Source: an uncultured archaeon
GTDB lineage: Archaea; Asgardarchaeota; Lokiarchaeia; Sigyniarchaeales; SOKP01
Direction of reading: 5' to 3'
NCBI GenBank assembly: GCA_964486045.1
Contig: CAZALK010000010.1
Coordinates: 84,889-148,888 of the forward strand
Length of the DNA: 64,000 bases
Shown piece after piece: positions 1-10,042 of this stretch. The position numbers and the translations under genes were made by a program. How positions within the stretch are numbered: position 1 is the first letter of the stretch; each line of letters opens with the position of its first letter. The notes beneath the pieces were generated by a model. It did no database searches. It saw only the letters and a program-made list of their open reading frames with translations, and was not told the origin of the DNA.

Positions 1-84
1 ATGAAAGAGCTTGAAGGATTTAGAATAGCACGAGATGAAATATATAGGTGTTTAATAGAAGGTTTACAAAAATATACGTTTTAA
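1..84 (+). CDS. 3' end of a probable arsenate reductase / LMW-PTP family protein (truncated by window edge)
   Basis: Frame +1 reads MKELEGFRIARDEIYRCLIEGLQKYTF*; FRxxRDEI is the typical C-terminal helix of ArsC/LMW-PTP proteins. Confidence 0.5.
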   Translation: MKELEGFRIARDEIYRCLIEGLQKYTF

Positions 85-87
85 AAA

Positions 88-933
88 ATGATAGAGTATC
101 TAATTATTGCAGTTCTCCAAGGATTATTTGAATGGCTCCCTATCTCATCATCGGGGCAAACTATGATTGTAGCCACAAACTTCTTTGGTATTTCTTCAGA
201 GAATGCTTATAGTCTTGCAATTTGGTTGCATTTAGGAACAACTTTTGCAGTTTTACTAAAATTTAGAAAAAATTCCATTAAGATACTAAAAACATTAACT
301 CATAAAGAAAATGAATTCAATAAAATCGCTTTTAAAGAAAGAAATTGGATAATTTGGGCTACAATAGGGACGGGAATTACTGCTATTCCTCTTTATTTGT
401 TGTTTAAAATAATATTTTTAGAGTCCTTTACTGCTTTTCAAGGAGATTTTATAACACTCTTTATTTCTGGTTTATTAATAATTACTGGGGCAATTTTAAT
501 AGCAACGAGAAAAATTTATGGGAATCAGGAAATAGAGCATACTTCTAAAAAGATCATACAAAAAGATAGTTTTCTGTCAGGTCTTGTTCAAGGAGTTTCG
601 ATCTTACCGGGGATATCTCGCTCTGGTGTCACTGTTGGTGCAATTTTATTAGAAAAGTACAACCAGGATGATGCGCTCAGGTTAAGTTTTTTAATGTCTG
701 TCCCTGTCGCTATTGCTTCTATATTAGTTGATATTATGTTAAGTAAAGGGTCAATCTTTGGAACTTTAGACATTCTTACTATTCTAATAACAACAATCGT
801 AAGTTTTGTGGTGGGGTATTTAACAATTGAATTTTTATTTAGAATAGCACGGCAAATTAATTTTGGGTATTTTTGCATTTTATATGGAGTAATAGCCTAT
901 TTAATTATTGTGCCTTTTTTGGTTATCGCTTAG
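88..933 (+). CDS. uppP: Undecaprenyl-diphosphate phosphatase (BacA/UppP family)
   Basis: QGLFEWLPISSSG, HLGT and PGISRSGVT motifs; multi-TM protein. Confidence 0.93.
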   Translation: MIEYLIIAVLQGLFEWLPISSSGQTMIVATNFFGISSENAYSLAIWLHLGTTFAVLLKFRKNSIKILKTLTHKENEFNKIAFKERNWIIWATIGTGITAIPLYLLFKIIFLESFTAFQGDFITLFISGLLIITGAILIATRKIYGNQEIEHTSKKIIQKDSFLSGLVQGVSILPGISRSGVTVGAILLEKYNQDDALRLSFLMSVPVAIASILVDIMLSKGSIFGTLDILTILITTIVSFVVGYLTIEFLFRIARQINFGYFCILYGVIAYLIIVPFLVIA

Positions 934-1823
934 ACGATTAAGGTATAACTTTCAATGTACTCTTTTAACTCCTTTTCAATATTAGGAATACCCCTAAAAC
1001 TTGGAAAATCATTCAGATCTACAATATAAAATTTTGATTTATCTCGTGGGCATACCAAATCAAATCCAAAAATCTTAAGATTTAACTCAGATGATAAAAT
1101 TTTTGAGAAGTGCTTGATCTCTTCATTAACTTCAAATCTTTCTCGTTTAAGCTTACTCACGTCAATCGTATCTGGTTTTTCTCTTAAATAAAGATAAATA
1201 GGATTCTCTCTTTTTATCCCAAAAACCTTATCTCCTATTACATAAATTTTTATCTCAAATCCATCACATTCAATGAATTGTTGAATATATACATCATAAG
1301 AGAGGAATTGTTTATATTTTTCGCAGAATTTATCAACATCATCAATTTTTTGAACAAGAAAATTAAATCTGTTATATTTTTCATGTTGGTTATGACTTTT
1401 AATAACAATAGGCAATTTCGATAAAGCCCATTCCTTAAATTTGTTTACATCTGTTAAAGATTGGTTCCATGAATTAGGCATTAGAAACTCCTCCAAAGTA
1501 CCTTTGTGCTTTTCTAATACTTTTCTTATTGAATAATCAAGAGCTATTTTATTTTTACAAACTAAAACAGTATCTACATCATGGAGAGTTGGTAAATTAT
1601 AAAGTTTAGCAAAATGTAATAAATCAATTGAGCATTCATTTCTAACCTTTACAACGATTAGATCTGCATCTTTTACCGATTGAGTCATATCTGATAAGGA
1701 GAAGAAATCTTTAGTCGGGTCATGGTGTACCAATTCAACTGTTTTGGCAAGTTTAAGACTATTTATGACTTCTTTAATGACATTATGATTTTGAATAACT
1801 GAAAAAAAGATTTTTTTTACCAT
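930..1823 (-). CDS. ATP-grasp kinase, inositol-phosphate kinase ITPK1-like
   Basis: IQQFIE..IKIYVIG and FGFDLV..IVDLNDFPSFRG (ITPK1-type IDINxFPGY motif); next to ino1; start moved to ATG at 1823 (MVKKIFF). Confidence 0.8.
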   Translation of the reverse strand: MVKKIFFSVIQNHNVIKEVINSLKLAKTVELVHHDPTKDFFSLSDMTQSVKDADLIVVKVRNECSIDLLHFAKLYNLPTLHDVDTVLVCKNKIALDYSIRKVLEKHKGTLEEFLMPNSWNQSLTDVNKFKEWALSKLPIVIKSHNQHEKYNRFNFLVQKIDDVDKFCEKYKQFLSYDVYIQQFIECDGFEIKIYVIGDKVFGIKRENPIYLYLREKPDTIDVSKLKRERFEVNEEIKHFSKILSSELNLKIFGFDLVCPRDKSKFYIVDLNDFPSFRGIPNIEKELKEYIESYTLIV

Positions 1824-2285
1824 AATTATCAATAAAAAAGGGGAATATGTTCTTAAATTTATCAGTTCCAAATGGAATATTTCGCTTATCTTTAAAAACT
1901 TGCTGATTATTAGATCGCTTTGCTCTCCCTCAGGTTGAATTTCATTTAACTTCGTCATCTCCATAAGCACCAATTAGAACATGAAATACATTATATTCGC
2001 CTAAGAAGTCACCCCTTTTAAAATTATCAAATGATAATTTATTTAAAAATTTAATAAATTTTATCAATCTTTTTAATTAGTCAGCAAATCTGACATTCAT
2101 TTAAATAGTATTTAAATAGGATACTTTAATATAAACAATAATATGGCTGATAAAATTGTCAGAATTTCGAATTATTTATAAGGTAGAAAGGATAGAAAAC
2201 ATAATATAAAAAATAAGGAAAAATTATATAATAAGATTTACAATCAACAGATTTAATTTTTAAAAATTATTATTAGTCAAATTTT

Positions 2286-3380
2286 ATGACGGGATCTGAA
2301 ATTAGGGTTGCTATAGTCGGTGTAGGAGATGTTTGCTCCGCGCTCGTTCAAGGAACGGAGAATTACAAGGATAACCCAGAAAAAATTATTGGTTTACTCC
2401 CAGAAATAACCCAATATGATATCAATGATGTTAATTTTGTTGTTGGTTTTGACGTTAACTCAAATAAAGTTGGAAGAGATTTAAGTGAAGCAATATTTGT
2501 TTCACCAAATTGCAACACGAAACTGTATCATCCAGATTTTGTAAATGCCCCTATATTAAAAGGACCCGTATTGGATGGATTAGACAGCAATATTAAAAAT
2601 ATAGTTCCTGTTTCTGAAAACCAAATTGCTGTTGATGTTTCCCAAGAAATGAAAATACGGGATGTAGATGTAACAGTAATATTACTCCCTACTGGAAGTC
2701 ATAAAGCCGTAAAATTTTATGCCTTAGCAGCTATTGACGCTGGAGCAAGTATAATTAATGGGATGCCGTCTCCTGTTGTTAATGATCCAGAGATTGTAAA
2801 AAAAGCAGAGGCTCAAAACCTTTCACTAATAGGAGATGATGTTAAATCTCAAGTTGGGGCAACAATAATTCATCGATCTCTTGCGAATCTTTTTCCCATG
2901 AGAGGAGCGATTTTGGATAAAACAATCCAGTTAGATTGGGGTGGATGTAGTGATTTCTACAACTTATTAACCCCCATGCCAAACGGTGAGTTAAGATACG
3001 AGATGGGAAAACGTCAATCAAAAACTGAAGCAGTTATCGCTAATCTTCCAAACAAAGATACTGTGGAATGTCAGATTTCTGCTGTGGATTACATACCTTT
3101 TTTAAAAAATCAAAAAGAAGCATATATGAGACTGGAAGGAAGAATTTTTGGGGGTGCGTCAGTTCGTGTAGATATTACTATGTTTGTGGAAGATGGTAAT
3201 AATTCTGCCGGGATAATTGCGGATTGTATTAGGATTTCAAAGATTGGAAAAGATAGAAACATCGGTGGTGTATTACAATCAGCCTGCTCGTTTTTTATGA
3301 AACATCCACTGGAGCAATTGGAGGATTACATTGCGAAGAAATATCTCTCAGAATTTATAGAGAATAAAAAAGAGAGATAA
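2286..3380 (+). CDS. ino1: myo-inositol-1-phosphate synthase (prokaryotic type)
   Basis: Rossmann VAIVGVG..SALVQG, GDDVKSQVGAT, KRQSKTEAV, ED..NSAG motifs. Confidence 0.93.
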   Translation: MTGSEIRVAIVGVGDVCSALVQGTENYKDNPEKIIGLLPEITQYDINDVNFVVGFDVNSNKVGRDLSEAIFVSPNCNTKLYHPDFVNAPILKGPVLDGLDSNIKNIVPVSENQIAVDVSQEMKIRDVDVTVILLPTGSHKAVKFYALAAIDAGASIINGMPSPVVNDPEIVKKAEAQNLSLIGDDVKSQVGATIIHRSLANLFPMRGAILDKTIQLDWGGCSDFYNLLTPMPNGELRYEMGKRQSKTEAVIANLPNKDTVECQISAVDYIPFLKNQKEAYMRLEGRIFGGASVRVDITMFVEDGNNSAGIIADCIRISKIGKDRNIGGVLQSACSFFMKHPLEQLEDYIAKKYLSEFIENKKER

Positions 3381-3412
3381 AGTGAAAATAGCTAATAGTA
3401 ATTGGTTTACCC

Positions 3413-4321
3413 CTAAACTGTCGCGGGAGTTTTAAATCGTACTTGTTGCATAATAACTACGTTATAGATATAATCAGATATTAAACTCACAGCTTCAGGA
3501 ATTCTTCTAAAACTTGGGAAATCATTAACATCGATAATGTAAGGTATTCCATCTTTTGTTCGAATATAATCTACACCAAAAATAGACATCCCTATTCTAC
3601 GTCCTAGACGTAAAATTCTTCTTTTTAGTTTTTTTTCAATTGGAACACGGATGTGAATTAAATCTAAAGGAGTTAAATTCTGTTTTTGGAGCAACCGGTT
3701 ATGTGATGTAATAGAGACCACCCATCTATCTATTACGTATACCTTATAAATCAGATCAAATTCTCCTAAGTAATTTTGAATAAATAATGGTTTTTCTTGA
3801 TGATACTTAACCAGTTTCTTTAATTGATCTGGACTTCTTGCAATTCCAATAATTCGATCATTTTTAGGTAGATTTGGTATGTTATGAGTGTCAAGTTTAA
3901 TAATAACAGCCTTTTTATTGACACATACATCAAAAGCTTCATCAAGAGATGAACATGTTTCTGGAATAGTCAATTTATTATGTTTTTGTTCGATAAACTT
4001 AAATGTTTCAGTTCTACTTTCGCATAACTTAACTGATTCAAAACTATTTAACCAGGGAATATTAGGTGCTATATCTTTAACTATGCTATATATTCTCTGA
4101 TTTTTTTTCTCTGATAAAAGCTTAACAATAAATAACGAAATTGGGTATTTTTTTAATTTTTTCTTTAAATACTTGGCATTAAAGGAATTGGAATCCTTTT
4201 TTAAAAGATTGATTATTGAGATATTATAGTTCTTGTTACAGAAATTTTTGATTTTCTTACAAATTTCGAGATCCCTGTTCCAAATAGCGCCAACATAAAT
4301 TGTATTGAGTTTACCTGACAC
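3413..4321 (-). CDS. ATP-grasp kinase, ITPK1-like
   Basis: FIQNYL..YKVYVID and FGVDYI..IIDVNDFPSFR; GTG start. Confidence 0.8.
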   Translation of the reverse strand: MSGKLNTIYVGAIWNRDLEICKKIKNFCNKNYNISIINLLKKDSNSFNAKYLKKKLKKYPISLFIVKLLSEKKNQRIYSIVKDIAPNIPWLNSFESVKLCESRTETFKFIEQKHNKLTIPETCSSLDEAFDVCVNKKAVIIKLDTHNIPNLPKNDRIIGIARSPDQLKKLVKYHQEKPLFIQNYLGEFDLIYKVYVIDRWVVSITSHNRLLQKQNLTPLDLIHIRVPIEKKLKRRILRLGRRIGMSIFGVDYIRTKDGIPYIIDVNDFPSFRRIPEAVSLISDYIYNVVIMQQVRFKTPATV

Positions 4322-4503
4322 TCTAAAAACCCTATTTATTTGATAAACTATTTATAAATTATGGTATATAAATTTATTGATTCTATGCGAACAGCTTGTT
4401 ATTATGTTTTAAAATCAAGATGTTTTTAGGATGTAAATTATAATATTCAATCAGCAAAAAATTTAATAAAATTGCTTGGTTTAAGGCAAATAAGGGAATT
4501 CTA

Positions 4504-5322
4504 GTGAAAAAAATTGGGATAATTATTGATAAATACCATTTAAATAATAAAGTCACTAGTTTCTTAGAATATTTAAAATCAATAGCAAAAGTTAAGTTAT
4601 ACGTAGAAGAATCATATTTTTTAATAAGTTCGAGTCACCAGTTTGATGAGGATATATTTTTCCTTAAAGGAAAAGGTGATATAATTTTAAGTTTAGCAAA
4701 ATTAATTGAAGAGCATACTACTATTCCTGTAATAAATTCCTTTAAAGCAACCTGTTTAGCTATTAACAGGTTCCTAAATAGTACATACTTAAGAAAAGCA
4801 GGAATCCCTGTACCTGATTTTTCTTTAAATCCTGACGGAACATCACCACCATTTAAAGATTATATTATTAAAAACATCGTTGATCAAGGAGTCTACAAAT
4901 TTAACCCAATAATAATTGAAAAAGATGGGAATACAAGAGTAGCCGATAAAAGAGCATTGGATGAAGTTAATGGAAAAGAACATCAATATAACTTCCTTTA
5001 TTATCAGAAATTTATCAAGAGTAAATGGGAATATAAGATCTATGGCATAGGTGAGAATATTTATTATTATAAACAACTACCTGTTCTGGTAAATCCTATT
5101 AAAACTGATTCACGGCAAAAAATAGATGAGATTTCAGACTTAGAGGAATATTGTTTAAAAGCAATGGAAATAATGGATATAAAAATTACTTCCCTTGATT
5201 TTCATAAAGATCAGGATGATAAATTTTTTCTCACAGATATAAATTGCACTCCTAATTTTAACTATATGAGAAATGGTTATAAAATTGTAGCAGATTATTT
5301 ATTAAAAGAAGCAAAAAATTAA
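4504..5322 (+). CDS. ATP-grasp kinase, ITPK1/RimK-like
   Basis: YQKFI..EYKIYGIG and SLDF..LTDINCTPNF motifs; in ino1 cluster. Confidence 0.75.
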   Translation: MKKIGIIIDKYHLNNKVTSFLEYLKSIAKVKLYVEESYFLISSSHQFDEDIFFLKGKGDIILSLAKLIEEHTTIPVINSFKATCLAINRFLNSTYLRKAGIPVPDFSLNPDGTSPPFKDYIIKNIVDQGVYKFNPIIIEKDGNTRVADKRALDEVNGKEHQYNFLYYQKFIKSKWEYKIYGIGENIYYYKQLPVLVNPIKTDSRQKIDEISDLEEYCLKAMEIMDIKITSLDFHKDQDDKFFLTDINCTPNFNYMRNGYKIVADYLLKEAKN

Positions 5323-5329
5323 CGGTTAA

Positions 5330-6136
5330 TTGAAAATGAATATTGGCATATTATCAAAGAGAACAACGACATTTGCAGGAAAAATAAAAAAATATTATGA
5401 AAACAAAGGCTTCAAAGCTACAATTTATACTTTAGATACTCTTGTCATCAATAAGACTCTTTTTAAAAATGATTTTTATATCCTAAAATCAAAAAATCTA
5501 TTCTTTTTGTATGCCGGGTTTTTTTTGGAAGCAAATAATATACCCGTTATACCAAATCCACAAGTTTCTTTTAGGCAAAAAAATCGAATACAATCCCATT
5601 TCCTCATAGAAAAAGCAGGCCTATTAACCCCGAGGTTTTATTTAGGTACTAAAGAAACATTACTAGATCAACTAGATTCAAAAGTTTTTCCTTTAATACT
5701 AAAACCAATTATGGGCTCAGGAAGTATAGGTGTAAAAGTTATCAATTCTATTAAAGAATTAAAAAAAGAAGAAAACAAAATTCTATATCTTGAAGATTTT
5801 ATAAAAGGAATACATTACAATGTTTATTTTATAGATAAATGTGTCTGTACTTTAATCAAACCATCGTTATCTAATGAACATGTTGAGATGAAGGTAATAA
5901 AAACGTCCAAAGACATTAGGGAGTTGATTAAAAAGTGGAGATTTTTCCTCACCGAGAATAATCTATTTGGACATTTGGATTTAGTTAGAGATGAATCAAG
6001 TAAAGAATTATATGTTGTAGATCCAGGTTCATTCCCCGAATTTACAAATTGGAATTGTAATGAATCTCCAGTTAAGAAAATCTGTGATTTAATATTAAAT
6101 AAATATGAGGAAAAGAAAGCTAATTTGGACAATTAA
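5330..6136 (+). CDS. ATP-grasp protein, ITPK1/RimK-like (divergent)
   Basis: FPLILKPIMGSGSIGV, YLEDFI, FGHLDLV..VVDPGSFPEF. Confidence 0.72.
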   Translation: MKMNIGILSKRTTTFAGKIKKYYENKGFKATIYTLDTLVINKTLFKNDFYILKSKNLFFLYAGFFLEANNIPVIPNPQVSFRQKNRIQSHFLIEKAGLLTPRFYLGTKETLLDQLDSKVFPLILKPIMGSGSIGVKVINSIKELKKEENKILYLEDFIKGIHYNVYFIDKCVCTLIKPSLSNEHVEMKVIKTSKDIRELIKKWRFFLTENNLFGHLDLVRDESSKELYVVDPGSFPEFTNWNCNESPVKKICDLILNKYEEKKANLDN

Positions 6137-6159
6137 AATTATTTTTTAACAAAATAATA

Positions 6160-7134
6160 GTGAAAATGAGCAATAAAGAAGAGTTAGAAGAATATGAGAT
6201 TTTTGGAATAAAACAAAAAGTTAGATTATATAAAATCAAAAACTTCATCTTTGATTTTGGAGGTGTATTAATTGAGAAAACCTTTGTGCTTAAAAATTTA
6301 CTTGACATGCTTGAAGCGGATTTGAATATTACCATTCCTCGATTTGAAAATCCATATATCAGGAAATTGAAACGTAAATTAAGTTCTGGAAGAATTTCCT
6401 CCCGGATATTTTTAGAAAGGATTTTTAACAGATTTTATTATCCATTTCAGAAAAAGAATGGAACTCTACCTTCAAAAAAAGTGAATGTGGATTATTACTT
6501 AGAATTATGGTTTGATTTATACTCTCAAGTCACTCATGTGTCTGGAGAAATGGCAGAAATCATTGAGCGTTTACATCAAGCCGGATATATAGTAAGCTTA
6601 ATGTCAAACACTCATGAAATCCATGTTAGATCAAATAATTTAAGAGGCTTTTATGATTCCTTTGATAATACTTTTCTATCAAATGAAATTGGGCTTATCA
6701 AGCCTGATATGGAGAAATATAAATATGTGATAAATAAATTAGGCACAAAACCAAAAAATTGTATCTTTATTGACGATAAAATTCAAAATTTAGTCCCAGC
6801 TAGAGAATTAGGGATTATAGTTATCAGATTTGAATCATTTGAAGATTTTAAAGTGAAATTAAATGAATTGGGAATAGGAGAAATCAGTAAGGATTTAAGA
6901 AATAAAATAAGAAAAAAATATAAGAAGTACAAAAAGACAAAAAAAAGGTATAATATAGCAAAGAAAGAATATAAAGAAGCAAAAAAAGAATACCTAAAAA
7001 AGAAAAGGAATTCTCTGAAAAGAAAATTAGAATTCCAACAAAAAAGAGCTGAATATAATAAAAGAAAAACTGAATACAAGAAAGAAAAGAAAAAGAAAAA
7101 ACAAGACCTCATTTCAAAAATAAAGATAACTTAA
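6160..7134 (+). CDS. HAD-superfamily phosphatase with long lysine-rich C-terminal helix
   Basis: Motif I FDFGGVL, motif II MSNT, KPD and FIDD motifs; last ~80 aa dominated by K/R. Confidence 0.88.
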   Translation: MKMSNKEELEEYEIFGIKQKVRLYKIKNFIFDFGGVLIEKTFVLKNLLDMLEADLNITIPRFENPYIRKLKRKLSSGRISSRIFLERIFNRFYYPFQKKNGTLPSKKVNVDYYLELWFDLYSQVTHVSGEMAEIIERLHQAGYIVSLMSNTHEIHVRSNNLRGFYDSFDNTFLSNEIGLIKPDMEKYKYVINKLGTKPKNCIFIDDKIQNLVPARELGIIVIRFESFEDFKVKLNELGIGEISKDLRNKIRKKYKKYKKTKKRYNIAKKEYKEAKKEYLKKKRNSLKRKLEFQQKRAEYNKRKTEYKKEKKKKKQDLISKIKIT

Positions 7135-7157
7135 CGATTACATATTATATTACTAAA

Positions 7158-8258
7158 TTATGTATTTTCTTCATTCTCTTCTTTTTCTTTATTAAATTCT
7201 TCAACTTTTTGCATTATTGATTCTGATGGTGTTGTTGGTATAGGTATTTTTTCATAAACTTCAATAAATTTTACATCCTCAATTTCTTCTGCCATATGTG
7301 TTTGTAAGTCCATGGCAAGCCCGAATTTAACATATGTTAAATTTTGGAAAAGAAGCATCTTTGGAATTATAATTTCAAGTGTTTTATCATCCTTGATGTA
7401 ATTAACTTTAAATTCAGATATATTCTCATTAGGAATTCCTTTATTTATCATAAAATACTCTATTTTTGCATTGAAATCTTCTATTTTGTCTATGATTTCT
7501 AAATTATAATCAAGATTTTGTCCTGCTAAAGGGTGATTGTAATCGATAATAACTCTTCCTTGAACAACATTAGTTATTACACCTCTTTGTCCTTTTTTAT
7601 TTAAGAACTCACGGCCTAATTCGGGATTCTTACCTTCACTTACCTTTCGAAATTTAGCAATACCCATTCTTTCTATTTTCTGGGGATCTCTTTTCCCATA
7701 TGCTTTAGAAGTGGGAATTCTAACCGATTTTTTCTCAAAGTAGTTCATTTCTTTAATTATTTCTGTAAGACCTTCATTCAAAAATCCAGGCTTTCCTACA
7801 ATAACAAATTCAGGAGTATAAAAACCTTTTTCAGCCTTCTTTTCATCATATGTTCCTGCTTTTTTAGCATCTTCTTCACTAGAAACTCTAAATATAATAC
7901 CTTTTTGGGTGCGTCCAGTTAATTTAACTAATATAAAATCTCCTTCTTCAACTTTTTTTCCTTGTAATTTTGATTTTTTTTGTTCTAATCTTTTTAATTC
8001 TTCTTGTATCTTTTCCACTTCTTTCTCTTCTATAGATGCTTCTTCAACAGCGTTAGTAGGACTTGTTTTAGGAGTTTCTTTCAAAATTACTTTAGCATTT
8101 TCTATAATTTTTGAAGCAGTTGCTTTTCCAATTCCCTTAAGTGCAGTTAAATCGTCAGTTTTTGCATTAGCTAATTTTTCAACTGTATCAATACCGGCTT
8201 GCTTTAAAGTATCCTCTTTTTTGCCAACGCCTTTTACATCACTTAAACTAAAACTCAT
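7158..8258 (-). CDS. Long-type archaeal FKBP peptidyl-prolyl isomerase (SlyD-like) with N-terminal helix-hairpin-helix domain
   Basis: IDYNHPLAGQNL and AYGKRDP motifs; N-terminal VKGVGKK / LKGIGKATA HhH motifs; start taken at ATG 8258. Confidence 0.88.
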   Translation of the reverse strand: MSFSLSDVKGVGKKEDTLKQAGIDTVEKLANAKTDDLTALKGIGKATASKIIENAKVILKETPKTSPTNAVEEASIEEKEVEKIQEELKRLEQKKSKLQGKKVEEGDFILVKLTGRTQKGIIFRVSSEEDAKKAGTYDEKKAEKGFYTPEFVIVGKPGFLNEGLTEIIKEMNYFEKKSVRIPTSKAYGKRDPQKIERMGIAKFRKVSEGKNPELGREFLNKKGQRGVITNVVQGRVIIDYNHPLAGQNLDYNLEIIDKIEDFNAKIEYFMINKGIPNENISEFKVNYIKDDKTLEIIIPKMLLFQNLTYVKFGLAMDLQTHMAEEIEDVKFIEVYEKIPIPTTPSESIMQKVEEFNKEKEENEENT

Positions 8259-8355
8259 AATTAACCCATTCAATTAAAATATAATAAATATAGAATAAAG
8301 AGTTAGGTTTTCAAATATATGATTACTTTTAGATTTTTCTAATTTTTGAATATCA

Positions 8356-8480
8356 TTATGAGACTGGTTTATATAGTATTCCTAAACCAGATGCATAATT
8401 TTTTACTTCTTGCATTTCTTGAGATGTCGGTCTTCGATTTATTTCTGGATAATCAAAACTATGATACTGAGGTCTATATT
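8356..8480 (-). pseudogene. Orphan duplicate of the last 40 codons of the radical SAM gene at 11119-12231
   Basis: Minus strand reads YRPQYHSFDYPEINRRPTSQEMQEVKNYASGLGILYKPVS*, 31/40 aa identical and collinear with 11119-11243. Confidence 0.93.
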
Positions 8481-8502
8481 TTTTATTATTAACCAATGAA
8501 AA

Positions 8503-9675
8503 TTAAGTCCAGAACTCTCTTTTTCTTGGCAAACTTTTATCATAAATATTTATCATCTCTCTCATTAAGTCTGCTCCTAAACTGATTTGATCTCCTTTAA
8601 CAGTATATTTTTTTTTAACTGGATCGTATTGGATGGAACCGGAATTAGAGACTGGTATGTTTAAGAATGGGGAATTTAAAATATCAGCAAGAAACTTGTT
8701 ACTACCAGAAGTTATTCTTGATCTCCCCATTGTCCCATCCCCATCATAATAACCAAGTAGAAACGCTAACAATAGCTTCCGATGTTTAAAATGTGGTAGT
8801 CGTATATTTTTTGATTTCTTTTTTCCTACTATAAATCCATGAGAAATAAGATAGTTACAAAATTGAGTGTTAATTAATCTAATTCTTCGAAATACATGTA
8901 TCTCACCTTCAGAAGTGATATATTTTTCAATACCGGGTTCATTGTTTATAATATCTAACCCAATAGAATCGGAAAACCTCTGCAGTAGAATGAAATCATC
9001 TTCTAGACACCCTACACCTAACCTATAATATGGTTCTCCTGCCTTATTTATACTATGTAATCTAATATATGCCTCAGCAAACAACCAACCTAACCAATAT
9101 GCTTTTTCATTTGTATCAATTTTTTTAAAATAATCAAGTTTTAGATTAGGGTGCTGCTCTAATATACCATTTGAACCACGAGCATATAGCTTAAGTTTAT
9201 TATAATTTTTATAATTTTTAATGATAGTTCTAATATTATTCTTTACTGAATCAATCTTATCTATTAATTTTGAATCCGATTCTTTTAATATCCAATAATT
9301 AAAAGATTTTATAAGGATATTTTCAATTTTCGTTAATAAATTTAAGCCTAATTGCTTTCCTTTTTGACTTTTTTGACATTTGTATCTAATATAATAAGGT
9401 TTTAAACCAAGCAACAGACTAAAGAATGCTGTATTTTCATTTGCTTTTCTGATACAAAAACAAGGATTTGGAATGAAAAATATTTGTTTTTTAATTGCTT
9501 TGAAAAGAGCAGTAGCATCAACAATTTTTTGTTCTTCTTCATCATTAGTAATAGTGATTCCAAAATCATCTTCAAAATTATTTATTCCACATTCTGGATT
9601 TATATTATAATCTTTACCTTTAAGCCTTACATCCTGCCTACAACTTAAGTCGTCTTTATTGTTTTTTTCGCTCAT
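8503..9675 (-). CDS. Free-standing two-motif LAGLIDADG homing endonuclease-like protein
   Basis: DYFKKIDTNEKAYWLGWLFAEAY and AFLLGYYDGDG motifs. Confidence 0.85.
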   Translation of the reverse strand: MSEKNNKDDLSCRQDVRLKGKDYNINPECGINNFEDDFGITITNDEEEQKIVDATALFKAIKKQIFFIPNPCFCIRKANENTAFFSLLLGLKPYYIRYKCQKSQKGKQLGLNLLTKIENILIKSFNYWILKESDSKLIDKIDSVKNNIRTIIKNYKNYNKLKLYARGSNGILEQHPNLKLDYFKKIDTNEKAYWLGWLFAEAYIRLHSINKAGEPYYRLGVGCLEDDFILLQRFSDSIGLDIINNEPGIEKYITSEGEIHVFRRIRLINTQFCNYLISHGFIVGKKKSKNIRLPHFKHRKLLLAFLLGYYDGDGTMGRSRITSGSNKFLADILNSPFLNIPVSNSGSIQYDPVKKKYTVKGDQISLGADLMREMINIYDKSLPRKREFWT

Positions 9676-9967
9676 AATATATCAGTCTCAATCAAGTGAA
9701 TTTTACTGCTTCCTACCATGCCGTTTATTCATCAATTACAATTTTTTTTTTTATAATCGGCATTATTCAATATTTTTTATAAATTTTCTATAAAAATACA
9801 AATATTTTCATTCTGTTCAACTATATAAAAATTTATGCTTATAAATTTTACGGAATATTTATAAAGGAAGAATTTATAAGAGGATTTCAATAGTATATAT
9901 AAAGGCAAAATCGTTAGGTTGAAAAAGGCAAAAATTTATAAACATAGATACTTATTTAACACCTTAC

Positions 9968-10042
9968 ACTACTATTAACTATTCTGAATGAATACCTAAT
10001 ACTACTATTAACATTTTTGGATGAATACCTGATATTACTATA
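9968..10042. repeat. Imperfect 33-bp tandem repeat (about 2.3 copies)
   Basis: ACTACTATTAAC...ATGAATACCT units starting at 9968 and 10001, partial third at 10034. Confidence 0.75.

Noticed and set aside
1824-2040. N-terminal extension of the first ATP-grasp gene, or an FG-GAP-like peptide (VLIGAYGDDE) in another minus frame
   Set aside because: Paralogue lengths favour the start at 1823; the peptide is short, has no start codon and cannot be supported
9968-10042. CRISPR array
   Set aside because: Only ~2 imperfect units, no unique spacers, no cas genes
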